Assembly (NCBI GenBank): GCA_965199935.1
Contig: CBDATD010000002.1
Location: 53,282 to 117,281 of the forward strand
Source: Bdellovibrionales bacterium
GTDB lineage: Bacteria > Bdellovibrionota > Bdellovibrionia > Bdellovibrionales > UBA1609
Length of the DNA: 64,000 nt
Direction of reading: 5' to 3'
Part shown: positions 18,161 through 27,804 of the stretch, piece by piece
Position numbering within the stretch: the first letter of the stretch is position 1
Layout of the letters: the number at the start of each line of letters is the position of its first letter
The notes under the pieces: model-generated
Databases searched by the model: none
What the model was told of the DNA's origin: nothing
Seen by the model: only the letters and a program-made list of their open reading frames with translations
Translations under genes and position numbers: made by a program

Positions 18161-19309
18161 AGACTGCCAGAACTAGCGCCCCGCCGGAGCTTCTTTCTTT
18201 TTGGAGCGAGAGGCACAGGTAAAACCACCCTTATATTGAAACGATACCAATCTCAAAACACTTTGTGGATTGACTTGCTTTCTTATGAAGAAGAAGAAAA
18301 GTTTTCTCAAAACCCAGATGAACTCATATTTATTTTAAATCAAAAAAGATACAATGCTGTTGTTATTGATGAAATTCAAAAAATACCAAAACTGTTAGAT
18401 GTTGTGCAAAAAATAATGAGAGAAAAGACCCGTATTCAATTCATCCTCACGGGGTCTTCAGCCCGCCGCCTCAAACGAGGTTCAGCTAATCTATTAGCCG
18501 GTAGAGCTATTCAATATTATCTCTTCCCCTTTTCTGTTTTTGAATTGAATTCAGCATCCTCCATGTCTAGTATTTTAGAGTATGGAACGCTCCCTGAAGT
18601 GTGGAATATAAAATCAAAATTAGAGAAAGAGGAATTTCTTAAAAGCTATGTTCAAACTTATTTGAAAGAGGAAGTTTTATCTGAACAAATTATTAGAAAA
18701 CTGCCTCCCTTCAGAAATTTTTTGCCGATAGCGGCTCAGCAGAACGGACAACCTGTCAATTACTCTAGTATTGCTCAAGACATAGGAACAGATGATAAAA
18801 CAGTTAAAAACTACTTTTCTATTTTAGAGGATACTCTGTTGGGATTTTTTCTCCCTTATTATCATAAATCTGTCCGCAAACAGCAAAGGCAGTCTCCTAA
18901 ATTTTATTTTTTTGATACTGGAGTTAAAAGGGCTTTGGAAAAACAATTGAATCTACCGTTAACAGCAGGCACATACTCTTATGGACAAGCTTTTGAACAT
19001 AGAGTTCTCTTGGAGTGTTTTTACCTTAATGAGTATCTCAGAAAGGATTTCAGTTTTTATTATTTGAGAACAAAAGAGCAAAATGAGATAGACCTTATAA
19101 TAGAGAGACCCGGGAAAAAAGATATTTTGATAGAAATAAAATCGACTTTGCGTGTTCAAAAAAAACATATAAACTCTTTGCTTCGATTCCAAAGAGATTG
19201 GCCGGTCTCATGTACAGCACAAGTTTGGTCTAGAGAAAAAACAGCTAAAAAGATTGAAGATGTTTGCTGTCTATTTTGGAGAGAGGCTCTTCATTCTCTC
19301 TTTTTTTAA
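18152..19309 (+). CDS. AAA_14 ATP-binding protein with C-terminal DUF4143/PD-(D/E)XK-like domain
   Basis: GARGTGKT, IDEIQK, LTGSSA, LAGRA, PKFYFFDTG, EIDLII...IEIKS. Confidence 0.88.
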   Translation: MIRRLPELAPRRSFFLFGARGTGKTTLILKRYQSQNTLWIDLLSYEEEEKFSQNPDELIFILNQKRYNAVVIDEIQKIPKLLDVVQKIMREKTRIQFILTGSSARRLKRGSANLLAGRAIQYYLFPFSVFELNSASSMSSILEYGTLPEVWNIKSKLEKEEFLKSYVQTYLKEEVLSEQIIRKLPPFRNFLPIAAQQNGQPVNYSSIAQDIGTDDKTVKNYFSILEDTLLGFFLPYYHKSVRKQQRQSPKFYFFDTGVKRALEKQLNLPLTAGTYSYGQAFEHRVLLECFYLNEYLRKDFSFYYLRTKEQNEIDLIIERPGKKDILIEIKSTLRVQKKHINSLLRFQRDWPVSCTAQVWSREKTAKKIEDVCCLFWREALHSLFF

Positions 19310-19320
19310 AATAAACTTCA

Positions 19321-19809
19321 TTATCGGACTCCTCTTGAACTTTTTTCAGCACCCTTGCTCCTTCTGCTGTCATCAGAAGAAGGAAGAGGAGGTGAAGACG
19401 GCCGAGCTATCACAATATTCGGGTCTGTTACGCAGTCCATAGCGTCTTTAGGACACGCCCCCTTCACTGCAAGACATGCTATGGTTGAGTCTGCATAGGG
19501 GTTAAGGCACGTGACCCTAGCAATACATTTCGGACCGAAAACTTTCGTACATGCCGGTGGATACGTTACAAGGGTTCGTTGGTGATGATATTTGCAATTA
19601 ATGTGCTCGTTGTCACTTGAAGGAGCAATAATCATCTGCGTACCCTCAATATATGTGCAGTCTTTGTACTGATGTACAGGCAGAGCCAGTTGTTTTTTAG
19701 CCTTCTCTGATAAATCTGAAGGCGGTTCCCCGCGCCGTGCATCTGGCGGTGTTTCGGCTTGAATGAACGAACAAAACATAAAAGGCAACAGCAAGAATAA
19801 ACTTTTCAT
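19321..19809 (-). CDS. Hypothetical secreted Cys-rich protein
   Basis: GGAGG before ATG 19809; signal peptide; 8 Cys in the mature part. Confidence 0.7.
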   Translation of the reverse strand: MKSLFLLLPFMFCSFIQAETPPDARRGEPPSDLSEKAKKQLALPVHQYKDCTYIEGTQMIIAPSSDNEHINCKYHHQRTLVTYPPACTKVFGPKCIARVTCLNPYADSTIACLAVKGACPKDAMDCVTDPNIVIARPSSPPLPSSDDSRRSKGAEKSSRGVR

Positions 19810-19826
19810 AATCCCTCCATCCTTCA

Positions 19827-20171
19827 TCAATCAGCTAGATTTTTTTGAAGCTTCCTTATTTTAGAATGATCTTTTTTTGCTTTTTCCTGTAAAGTTTTCA
19901 TATAATCCATGAATCTTCCTGTTTCCAGAACTGCAGAAACACATTGGCCTGTTTGCATTTTAAAGTGCTTTGGAATAGATGCTCTCGGTACTGTGATTTT
20001 TCCTTTTCCTTTTTTGTCTTCATGCGAAAGTGTCACTGTTTTGCCGTCATATCGAATGATTTTTCCAAGAACTTCCACCGAAGGTCCGACTGCTGAAAAA
20101 ACAAACTGAGGCCACAAAAGAAAAAAAAACAGCTTTATAATTTTACTCACCCCAAGAGGAGAATGTACCAT
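19827..20171 (-). CDS. Hypothetical small secreted protein
   Basis: Hydrophobic N-terminus ending VFS-A; basic beta-rich core. Confidence 0.6.
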   Translation of the reverse strand: MVHSPLGVSKIIKLFFFLLWPQFVFSAVGPSVEVLGKIIRYDGKTVTLSHEDKKGKGKITVPRASIPKHFKMQTGQCVSAVLETGRFMDYMKTLQEKAKKDHSKIRKLQKNLAD

Positions 20172-20361
20172 ACAGGGAGTATGTTACAGAAGTTTCAGTT
20201 TCACAATTTTTTTATTTCCACCCCCCCCTTCTAGATAAAAGTCTGTATAGAATGCAGTCATCATTTTGATTATCTAGACTTTATTCCTGGATAGAAAGGA
20301 AAAACAATTACAAGAAGGAGCGTATTGTATCATTCATGAGGAGGCAGAGTTTTTTGATGTT

Positions 20362-20877
20362 CTAAGATGATCCTGCAGAGGAGAGCATGGGGGACTGCAA
20401 ATATTGAGTTTGACAGGAATAAGCATGGCAGAGGGCTGAGGCCAAAGCATCAGATTGATCCAGAGAGATTAAGTTTTCTATTTTTAAAATATTTTTCACC
20501 ATTGTTGAAACACTTTCTTTGGAGGCAGAGCCTGTTCCTGCAACTGATTTTTTAATCACTCGTGTTTCGTATTCAAAAACTTTGCATGAATTTTTATAGG
20601 CATTCAGAACAGCGATGCTGAAAGCCTGCCCAAGAATGAAAGAACTTTTTGGGTTTTTTCCAAGAAAAACTTTCTCTATAGCAAGATGATCTGGATTGTA
20701 TTTTTGAAAAATATTTTGCAGTTTTTGATCAAGTTCGAAAACTCTTTCGCCAAGAGATTTTTTGGATGAGCTTAGCACACCGGAGCCTATCTGTGTGATT
20801 GTATTTGGACAAACAGACACGACACCGTAGCCCATATTGAGGGTGCCTGGGTCCAGCCCCATTATATTTATTTTCAT
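20362..20877 (-). CDS. ruvC: Crossover junction endodeoxyribonuclease RuvC
   Basis: IMGLDPGT..MGYGVV, AIEKVF, LGQA, IKKSVAGTGSASKE, DQSDALASALCH. Confidence 0.95.
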   Translation of the reverse strand: MKINIMGLDPGTLNMGYGVVSVCPNTITQIGSGVLSSSKKSLGERVFELDQKLQNIFQKYNPDHLAIEKVFLGKNPKSSFILGQAFSIAVLNAYKNSCKVFEYETRVIKKSVAGTGSASKESVSTMVKNILKIENLISLDQSDALASALCHAYSCQTQYLQSPMLSSAGSS

Positions 20878-21333
20878 TTTGAGAAATATATCAGCAGTTG
20901 CAGATATTATCCTTTTATTTTTTGAAGAAATGATATTTTTACACTCTATAGTCCTGCAGCTCCCTTTTTTATTTTGCAGAAAAGGGGAGTGGACTTCAGC
21001 AAAACAGCCGGCCTCTACTTTCGCAGAGGCGGTGTATGTACGATGGCGGCGTAAATACAGAAATGATAAGTGATGCGTTCAGTATTTGAATCTAGGGGGG
21101 CGAAACGATGAAGTGATATATGTAGAAAGGCTGGGGGACGGAGCTGTAAACGAGTTCGACTTTACAGTTGAACGGCAAAGAAGAAAAAAGCGATGTGTCA
21201 AGTTGTTTTTTGCAGGCTTTTTTTGTCTTTTTAAACAGAAGTTTTGATAGCGTGCTTAATTGTGCTGAAGAGGGCTAAAATAGTGATGAATTTATTTTGA
21301 ATTTGAAGTAAAAATATTTTTAGCTGCGGGAGG

Positions 21334-22008
21334 GTGTTTATGGATACTGCTTCAAGTTTTATAGATTATGGTTTGAAGGTTTTGCATAAAAATCCAGACT
21401 CAATAATATTTGCTCCTTTGGCTTCTGCTTACCGCAGGCAGGGTTCATTTCAAAAAGCTTTGAATATGTGTGAGTTAGGTTTAGAGAAGCATCCTCAATA
21501 TGCTCAGGGCCACGCTGTTTTGGGATGTATTTATTTGAATCTGAAGAGGTATAGCGAGTCTATCACAGCCTTTGAGAGGGCTTTGGATTTGGAGCCGGGT
21601 CATTTGTTGTCTTTGAGGTATTTGATCGGCCTTTACATAAGATTTAAAGATGTGAAAAAGCTTTTGCGTATTTATGAAACTTTGCTCATTTACAGTCCTC
21701 AATCTGTACATGTACAGGATATGATAGATAAGATTCATTCAGCGCATTTAGAGGATTATGGTTATTTTTCTGAGAAGTCTTTGGAGGAGGCGGCAGAAGA
21801 GTTGTCACAGAGAGAATTAAATCAGAAGCCGTTGATTCGTCCATTAAAGTGTAAAGCTGTTGAGGAGGAGCCTGAAAAATTGGATCAAATACTGAATCCT
21901 GTTTCGCGCGTTTCTCAAAAGAAAATCTTTCCGTCTGCACAGGCTGAGAGGGAGAGGAGGCTGAAAATATTAAGGGGATTGATCCGCCGGGTGAATTCAT
22001 TTTTGTGA
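21334..22008 (+). CDS. TPR-repeat protein
   Basis: FAPLASAYRRQG...ALNMC..GLEKHPQY...LG.IY...A...FERALDLEP. Confidence 0.8.
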   Translation: MFMDTASSFIDYGLKVLHKNPDSIIFAPLASAYRRQGSFQKALNMCELGLEKHPQYAQGHAVLGCIYLNLKRYSESITAFERALDLEPGHLLSLRYLIGLYIRFKDVKKLLRIYETLLIYSPQSVHVQDMIDKIHSAHLEDYGYFSEKSLEEAAEELSQRELNQKPLIRPLKCKAVEEEPEKLDQILNPVSRVSQKKIFPSAQAERERRLKILRGLIRRVNSFL

Positions 22009-22027
22009 TTTATCGGAGAGAATGAGA

Positions 22028-22597
22028 ATGTACGGTACAAGTGATTTTAAAAAAGGTTTAAAGATTTTGGTGAAGGGTCAGCCTTTTGTTATTATTGATT
22101 TTCAGCATGTGAAGCCGGGGAAGGGAAACCAATTTACACGCACGAAATTAAAAAATTTGATCACTGGCTCCAACTTGGATCTCACAGTGCGTTCCGGCGA
22201 GAAATTTAAAGTTCCTGATATTACATATAAGGAGATGTCTTTTTTGTATAAAGAGGGGGATCATTTTTATTTTATGGATGTATCTAGTTACGAACAAGTT
22301 TCGGTGCATCGGGGCGTTGTGGATTCTGCAGTTCATTTTTTAAAAGGGGATATGCGGGTTTCTGTTTGTTTGTATGAGGGGAATGTCATTAGTATTGAGC
22401 TTTCGAAGTCGGTTGTTTTAAGGGTGAAAAAGACAGATCCTGGATTTAAGGGAAACACGGTTTCAAATACTTTTAAGCCGGCGGAATTGGAGACAGGGTT
22501 TTCTCTTCAAGTGCCTTTGCATATTAATGAGGGTGACTATGTGAAAGTGAACACGAGTGACGGTGTTTATGTGGAGAGGGTTCAGCAGTCTTCTTAG
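22028..22597 (+). CDS. efp: Elongation factor P
   Basis: FQHVKPGKGNQFTRTKLKN, DPGFKGNTVS, KPA.LETG..QVPL.I; alternative ATG at 22022. Confidence 0.97.
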   Translation: MYGTSDFKKGLKILVKGQPFVIIDFQHVKPGKGNQFTRTKLKNLITGSNLDLTVRSGEKFKVPDITYKEMSFLYKEGDHFYFMDVSSYEQVSVHRGVVDSAVHFLKGDMRVSVCLYEGNVISIELSKSVVLRVKKTDPGFKGNTVSNTFKPAELETGFSLQVPLHINEGDYVKVNTSDGVYVERVQQSS

Positions 22598-22638
22598 TTT
22601 TTATTTGGGGCTGATTTGTTTAGGCGTTGGGTTGGTTT

Positions 22639-22666
22639 ACAGCCGGCTGAGTCGGTCTGTTTTTTT
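22639..22666 (+). terminator. Probable efp terminator
   Basis: ACAGCCGGC-TGA-GTCGGTCTGT followed by a T-tract. Confidence 0.55.
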
Positions 22667-22712
22667 ATGGGGAGCTGTTGGGGGGGTTTTGTGGTAAAAT
22701 GGTGATTTTGTG

Positions 22713-22783
22713 GGTGGCGTGGCCGAGTGGTTAGGCAGCGGACTGCAAATCCGCGTACATCGGTTCAACTCCGGTCGCCACCT
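22713..22783 (+). tRNA. tRNA-Cys(GCA), CCA not encoded
   Basis: Acceptor GGTGGCG/CGCCACC, U discriminator, GCGGA-CTGCAAA-TCCGC anticodon arm, GGTTCAACTCC T-arm. Confidence 0.95.
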
Positions 22784-22802
22784 CAAATTCTGTCACATCC
22801 CA

Positions 22803-22843
22803 ATAAAAATAAAAGAAGGCTGTAAGTCTTCTTTTATTTTTAT
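22803..22843 (+). terminator. tRNA-Cys terminator hairpin with GGCT-GTA-AGTC apex
   Basis: ATAAAAATAAAAGAA-GGCT-GTA-AGTC-TTCTTTTATTTTTAT. Confidence 0.85.
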
Positions 22844-23230
22844 CGAGGCAGAATTTGACTGAGCGAGCGGCTTGTGTTGAATGCGTAAGCATTTAATACA
22901 AGACAGAAAAACACAGTTTTTCTGAGCGAGTGAAGATAAAGGGCTGTGAGTGTTTGCAGAGGATTTGAGAAGGAGAGGCTGTAAGTCTTCTTTTATTTTT
23001 ATCGAGGCAGAATTTGACTGAGCGGGCGGCTTGTGTTGAATGCGTAAGCATTTAATACAAGACAGAAAAACACAGTTTTTCTGAGCGAGTGAAGATAAAG
23101 GGCTGTGAGTGTTTGCAGAGGATTTGAGAAGGAGAGGCTGTAAGTCTTCTTTTATTTTTATCGAGGCAGAATTTGACTGAGCGGGCGGCTTGTGTTGAAT
23201 GCGTAAGCATTTAATACAAGACAGAAAAAC
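22817..23230 (+). repeat. Tandem array, 159-bp unit x about 2.6, downstream of tRNA-Cys
   Basis: Units start 22817, 22976, 23135; near identical (GAGCGAGCGG vs GAGCGGGCGG); last copy truncated. Confidence 0.95.
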
Positions 23231-23305
23231 TGTTCAACCGAAGATGTTTGGATCATTTTTAAAATGATTTGCTATTTTGTTTAAACAGCGTCAAACTATG
23301 GGAAT

Positions 23306-23830
23306 ATGGTTCAGAATCCGAAAATTTTAATCTTTCTTTCAGCGGCGGCGCTGTCTGTGTTTTTCTTCTGGCCGGAAAGTGATGAAAAATACTTGAAAAA
23401 ATCCACATTAAAAATGATTGACCTGCTGGTTTCTCCTCTAGATTCTTCCGATATGTCGTCTCTTGTGGGGCGGGTGAGGAAGGTGGTTGAGCCTTTGCAC
23501 TTTTCGGTTCAATTCGAGGTTTCTCAAAACGGCCGAGTGCTTTTCAAGAGGGAATCTGCGGCGGATTTGCGTTCTCTTACGGGAATGTATTTTAAAAGTG
23601 AGGGCAGGCTGGCGCTGAAAAATGTAAAAGAAGAAAATTTGACCGTTCAGCTTTCAGAAGAAAATGGAAAATCAGCTCAGGTTAATTTTTCAATTACTGG
23701 TCAATCACAGAGCAGGCCGCTGAGCTGCCGGGTGCGAATAGATTGGAAATACGAAAAAGACTGGAGGATTTACCACATAAGAGCTTTTGACTGTCAGGGA
23801 ATTCAGGCTCTTGACGGCGGTACAATATAG
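23306..23830 (+). CDS. Hypothetical membrane-anchored protein
   Basis: N-terminal TM helix; clean 174-aa ORF. Confidence 0.7.
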   Translation: MVQNPKILIFLSAAALSVFFFWPESDEKYLKKSTLKMIDLLVSPLDSSDMSSLVGRVRKVVEPLHFSVQFEVSQNGRVLFKRESAADLRSLTGMYFKSEGRLALKNVKEENLTVQLSEENGKSAQVNFSITGQSQSRPLSCRVRIDWKYEKDWRIYHIRAFDCQGIQALDGGTI

Positions 23831-23964
23831 ATAAAAGTCTTGAAAAGCGGCTATTTTTTAAACAGTTTTTGAAAAATATTTTTTTAAAAAATTGATTTTT
23901 GGTCTCTTGCAAATATGAAAGTTTTCCTAGTGAAATTTGAAATCAATTAGGGTTTAATGAAAGG

Positions 23965-25881
23965 ATGAAATGGATTTCCTTTGTCTTGTTTTTTTGTTTT
24001 TATGGTCATGCGGAAGATTTAGGAACAGCTCCCTTAGATCCTGACTACGAAAGCCGTTTCTATTCCATATACAGAGAACACCACAGCCGGCAGATGCCTG
24101 TGAACGAATGGCTGAAGTTGATTAACCAAAAAGAAGTGAATGTATATACTATTCAAAAAGGAGATAATTTGTGGGATATCAGCCGTATGCTTTTTGGAGA
24201 GTCCAATTACTGGCCTAAATTATGGTCGGTAAATGCAGATCTTTCAAACCCCCATCGAGTGTCTGTCGGCCATGAACTTCGGGTGGTTATGGGGAGCGAG
24301 GGGCAGGTTCCAACGGCTGTTATCAATGGCCAGTCTTCGGCAGGTTCTCCTCCTGTTGAAGGGGGAGATCCTGCACAGCGGGATTCCTCTCCTTCTTCTG
24401 ATTCTGGGGAATATTCCGTAAAAGAAAGTTCTTGTGTGACAGATTTAGGGCTTATTTTAAATCGCAAAGGCTCTACAAGTGTTTATGACAGCCGGGTTAA
24501 ATGCAGGGTTGTAAAAAATAAATTACAAAAGCGGAAAAAGACCGATAGGAATCGTTTGAAAGATTACTTTGCTAAACAAAGAGAAGAAGGAGAGGAGGCA
24601 GTGCTGCAGCCTCTTGTTTTTCAAAATCGAGGGGTTATTCCAAAAAGTCTGCCTCCTATAAAACTAGTGCCTGAGAAAGGAGTTGATCTTGTAGGTCTCG
24701 GAAAACATTCGTTGATGCCTCATAAACATACTGTTGTGAGTTACCAGGTAGATCGCAATGATGTTGATATTATAGGGAATATTTTTAGTATGATGGACGG
24801 CATTTCTGTCCCTACTGCTGAAATTGTTGTGGAATTGGATGTTCCAGCAAACTCAGGAGACATTTTCAGCATTGTGGGTCCTCTAAAAAAGGTACAGCCC
24901 CGCTCTCTATTTATTTCAGGTCCTTTTGGCTACGAAGTTGTTTTTCAAGCTCAAGCCAGGGTCGTTGCTCCTATTCCCGGCAGGGAGGGTCTTTATGTTT
25001 TGAGAGTTATGAATATGTATAGTGATGTCAATGAAGATTCAAAAATCATCAGAGAAACTCCGTCTATTTTTGATTTCCAGCCTAATGTGAGATCCGGTCA
25101 GACAAGAGCGCAGATTACCGCCATTCCTCACGATCAATCTTCTCTGGCTTTAACAATACATTCTTTTATTTATGTTAATAGAGGAAGAAATGACAATGTC
25201 AGGGTTGGAGATGTGTTCAATATTACTTCAAATCCTAGATTCCATGATACTCCTTTTGGAAAAACATTAGGACAAGTGGAAATTGTTCATACGTCTGGAG
25301 ATTTTTCGACGGGTTTTGTGAAACATTTAACTGGTGTTGCTTACACAGGGGATTACTTAGATCCATTGGATTCGGTGAGCTACAAGCCTGACGCAGAAGA
25401 AGATGATATTTATGAAGAGGATGATGACAGGTATGAAGAGGATGAAGAAGAAGAGTTTGCTGTTGAAAATGAGGAGGATGAGCTTTCATCTCAGGAGTTT
25501 GATGAACCGGAAGAGCCTGCTGGTGAAGAGGACTCTCAAGGGTTTGATGAACCGGAAGAGCCTGCTGGTGAAGAGGACTCTCAAGGGTTTGATGAACCGG
25601 AAGAGCCTGCTGGTGAAGAGGACTCTCAAGGGTTTGATGAACTGGAAGAGCCTGCTGGTGAAGAGGACTCTCAAGGGTTTAATGAACTGGAAGAGCCTGC
25701 TGGTGAAGAGGACTCTCAAGGGTTTAATGAACTGGAAGAGCCTGTTGATGAAGAGGACTCTCAACCTGACGAACCGGAAGGGCCTGTCGGAGGGGAAAGG
25801 GATCTGCCTGCAGATTCCATGGCAGAAGACAGCTTTTTTGATGAGTTTGAAGATGAGGAAAGGGAGTGGGACGAAGAATAA
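23965..25881 (+). CDS. Secreted LysM peptidoglycan-binding protein with acidic repeat tail
   Basis: Signal peptide; YTIQKGDNLWDIS...YWPKLWSVNADLSNPHRV LysM; D/E-rich C-terminus. Confidence 0.85.
   Translation: MKWISFVLFFCFYGHAEDLGTAPLDPDYESRFYSIYREHHSRQMPVNEWLKLINQKEVNVYTIQKGDNLWDISRMLFGESNYWPKLWSVNADLSNPHRVSVGHELRVVMGSEGQVPTAVINGQSSAGSPPVEGGDPAQRDSSPSSDSGEYSVKESSCVTDLGLILNRKGSTSVYDSRVKCRVVKNKLQKRKKTDRNRLKDYFAKQREEGEEAVLQPLVFQNRGVIPKSLPPIKLVPEKGVDLVGLGKHSLMPHKHTVVSYQVDRNDVDIIGNIFSMMDGISVPTAEIVVELDVPANSGDIFSIVGPLKKVQPRSLFISGPFGYEVVFQAQARVVAPIPGREGLYVLRVMNMYSDVNEDSKIIRETPSIFDFQPNVRSGQTRAQITAIPHDQSSLALTIHSFIYVNRGRNDNVRVGDVFNITSNPRFHDTPFGKTLGQVEIVHTSGDFSTGFVKHLTGVAYTGDYLDPLDSVSYKPDAEEDDIYEEDDDRYEEDEEEEFAVENEEDELSSQEFDEPEEPAGEEDSQGFDEPEEPAGEEDSQGFDEPEEPAGEEDSQGFDELEEPAGEEDSQGFNELEEPAGEEDSQGFNELEEPVDEEDSQPDEPEGPVGGERDLPADSMAEDSFFDEFEDEEREWDEE
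25501..25767 (+). repeat. Coding 45-bp tandem repeat x6 (DEPEEPAGEEDSQGF)
   Basis: Units at 25501, 25546, 25591, 25636, 25681, 25726 with ordered P>L and D>N variants. Confidence 0.95.
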
Positions 25882-25917
25882 CAAAAGAATTTACCCTATT
25901 TATCCGATACCCATTCT

Positions 25918-27804
25918 ATGAAGGTTTTAATTTTAGATGATGATGAGTTGATTCTCAAATGGCTGAAAGATCTATTAATGAGATTAGGAGCTTTGGATGT
26001 TTGTGCTGTTCAGGATGTTGAGGATTTTCGATTTCAATTATCTTTAAAAAAATTTGATCTATGTATTGTAGATGTGTTGTTGCCAGGCAGCAGCAATGGG
26101 GTGGAGGTTATTGATAGATGCGGCGTGGATGTGGATCAGACAGTGATTTGGTTTATGAGCGGTGTTGTGAAAGAAAACAGTTTTCCAGAATCTGTTCGTT
26201 CTCAGATGGGATTATTCTTAAGCAAGCCCATCAATCAGTCTCTCATTATTCAAGAGTTTAAGAAACTTGGTTTAAAAGAAACAAAATCTGAAGGATTTCT
26301 CTCTTCCTTTTATGAGGAGCATTTATCTCACGCAAGAGTTTCACAATTGTTCAAAGAACAAAGGTCTATTAAAGACCATCAGCTGGCAGTATTATATTCT
26401 CTGTGTGCTTTATCTCGTTTTTCAGGGGATATTCTTTTGAAGAACAATCAAACTTCTTCCTCGCTGTTTTTTTCTGATGGGAAACTGATTCGGATCGCCT
26501 CTCCTCATAGGAAGTCTTATTTAGGTGTTCTGCTTGCAGCTTACGGATTTGCCTGTGCTAAAGATATTAAAAAGGTTCTACAAAGCTCTAAACCGGGCCT
26601 CACTGGAGAAAAACTCATTAAATATGGTTTGATCAGCCCTCATTCTCTTTACTTTATCCTTAAGGAACAAACTAAAATAAGGTTGAGTGAATTGATCCAA
26701 AAAGATGTCTCTTACTCTATTGAAACACAACAAACGGTGTTAAATACTATTTCAGAGTCTTTTAGATTCAAAGATTTCAAAGTTTTGTTGGCAGAAACTC
26801 TATGGTCTAAAATAGACTCCAGCTGGATTCATGATTTTTTTGAACTCAAATCTGCAGATTTTATTCACCGATCATCCATAACAGACATAGGCAAAGAGAG
26901 AGACAATACAGGATGGATGGAAAAATGCGCCAAGATACTGTCTCTGATTCAAAGCGGTGATAATTTGTCTCGTGTTGTCGGCAAAAGTGTAGATCACTTA
27001 TCTCTTAAAAAAGAAGAAGCTCAGTTTTGCCTGTACTATATGCTTATCATAAAGTTAGTGTATTTGGAGAAGAATTCTGAGGAGTCTTATATATTTCAGC
27101 ATGTAGAAAAGAAAGTGATGGATTTTAAAAGAAGAATGAAAACTCAAAATTACTATGAGTTGTTAAATTTACATACTAATGATTCTGTAAATAAAATTAA
27201 AGAAAGAATTGTTGAGGTGATTCATCTCTTTCATCCTGATCAGTATCAAAAACGTCTTTCACCAGTGGCGGCGCAGAGTTTTCATGATGTGGTTATACAT
27301 ATTGGCAAGATAAAAGAAGTGCTTCTTAACGATTCTAAAAGGGAAGAGTACATTAAGAGTGTTCAGTCAGGATTTCAAAAGGATGTTGTGGAAGGACTTG
27401 TGCAGTTTAGTAAATCAAAAAATTTCATTCAGAAAAAAGAATTTTCAAAAGCGCTGTCTGTATTGGAAGATCTGCAGGATCGAAAAGGGGTTCCTTCAGT
27501 GGTTCATCTTTACTATTGTTGGATGTACATGAAGGAAGTGAATGTATTTAAAAATCAGGAGGATCAAGACAGGGTGCTTCATAAAATAGAACGCACCAGT
27601 GTGGAGGATAAGTACTCTTATCTTTACTACTATTGCAAGGCTCTTTACATGATAAAAAAGGAAGAGCGGATTTTGGCGAAGCAATTATTGAAGAGGTGTT
27701 TAAATTTGGAGCCTGATTTTATCTACGCTAAAATTGACCTGGCGGCAGTGGAGGCATCTTTAAAAACAGGCGGTTTCTTTAAAAATTTATTTAAAGCTGG
27801 TTAA
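25918..27804 (+). CDS. Response-regulator receiver + central domain + DnaJ domain + TPR
   Basis: MKVLILDDD, IVDVLLPG, LSKP receiver motifs; NYYELL...FHPD J-domain; C-terminal TPR. Confidence 0.82.
   Translation: MKVLILDDDELILKWLKDLLMRLGALDVCAVQDVEDFRFQLSLKKFDLCIVDVLLPGSSNGVEVIDRCGVDVDQTVIWFMSGVVKENSFPESVRSQMGLFLSKPINQSLIIQEFKKLGLKETKSEGFLSSFYEEHLSHARVSQLFKEQRSIKDHQLAVLYSLCALSRFSGDILLKNNQTSSSLFFSDGKLIRIASPHRKSYLGVLLAAYGFACAKDIKKVLQSSKPGLTGEKLIKYGLISPHSLYFILKEQTKIRLSELIQKDVSYSIETQQTVLNTISESFRFKDFKVLLAETLWSKIDSSWIHDFFELKSADFIHRSSITDIGKERDNTGWMEKCAKILSLIQSGDNLSRVVGKSVDHLSLKKEEAQFCLYYMLIIKLVYLEKNSEESYIFQHVEKKVMDFKRRMKTQNYYELLNLHTNDSVNKIKERIVEVIHLFHPDQYQKRLSPVAAQSFHDVVIHIGKIKEVLLNDSKREEYIKSVQSGFQKDVVEGLVQFSKSKNFIQKKEFSKALSVLEDLQDRKGVPSVVHLYYCWMYMKEVNVFKNQEDQDRVLHKIERTSVEDKYSYLYYYCKALYMIKKEERILAKQLLKRCLNLEPDFIYAKIDLAAVEASLKTGGFFKNLFKAG

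Noticed and set aside
20837-21073. 78-aa plus-strand ORF
   Set aside because: Overlaps the ruvC start antisense, has no motif or RBS; the region is better explained as regulatory
22817-23230. CRISPR array interpretation of this array and of 34862-35328
   Set aside because: Whole 159/202-bp units repeat with no unique spacers, and there are no cas genes in the window
25403-25921. Alternative-frame and antisense repeat ORFs (172 and 132 aa)
   Set aside because: By-products of the 45-bp coding repeat in the LysM gene
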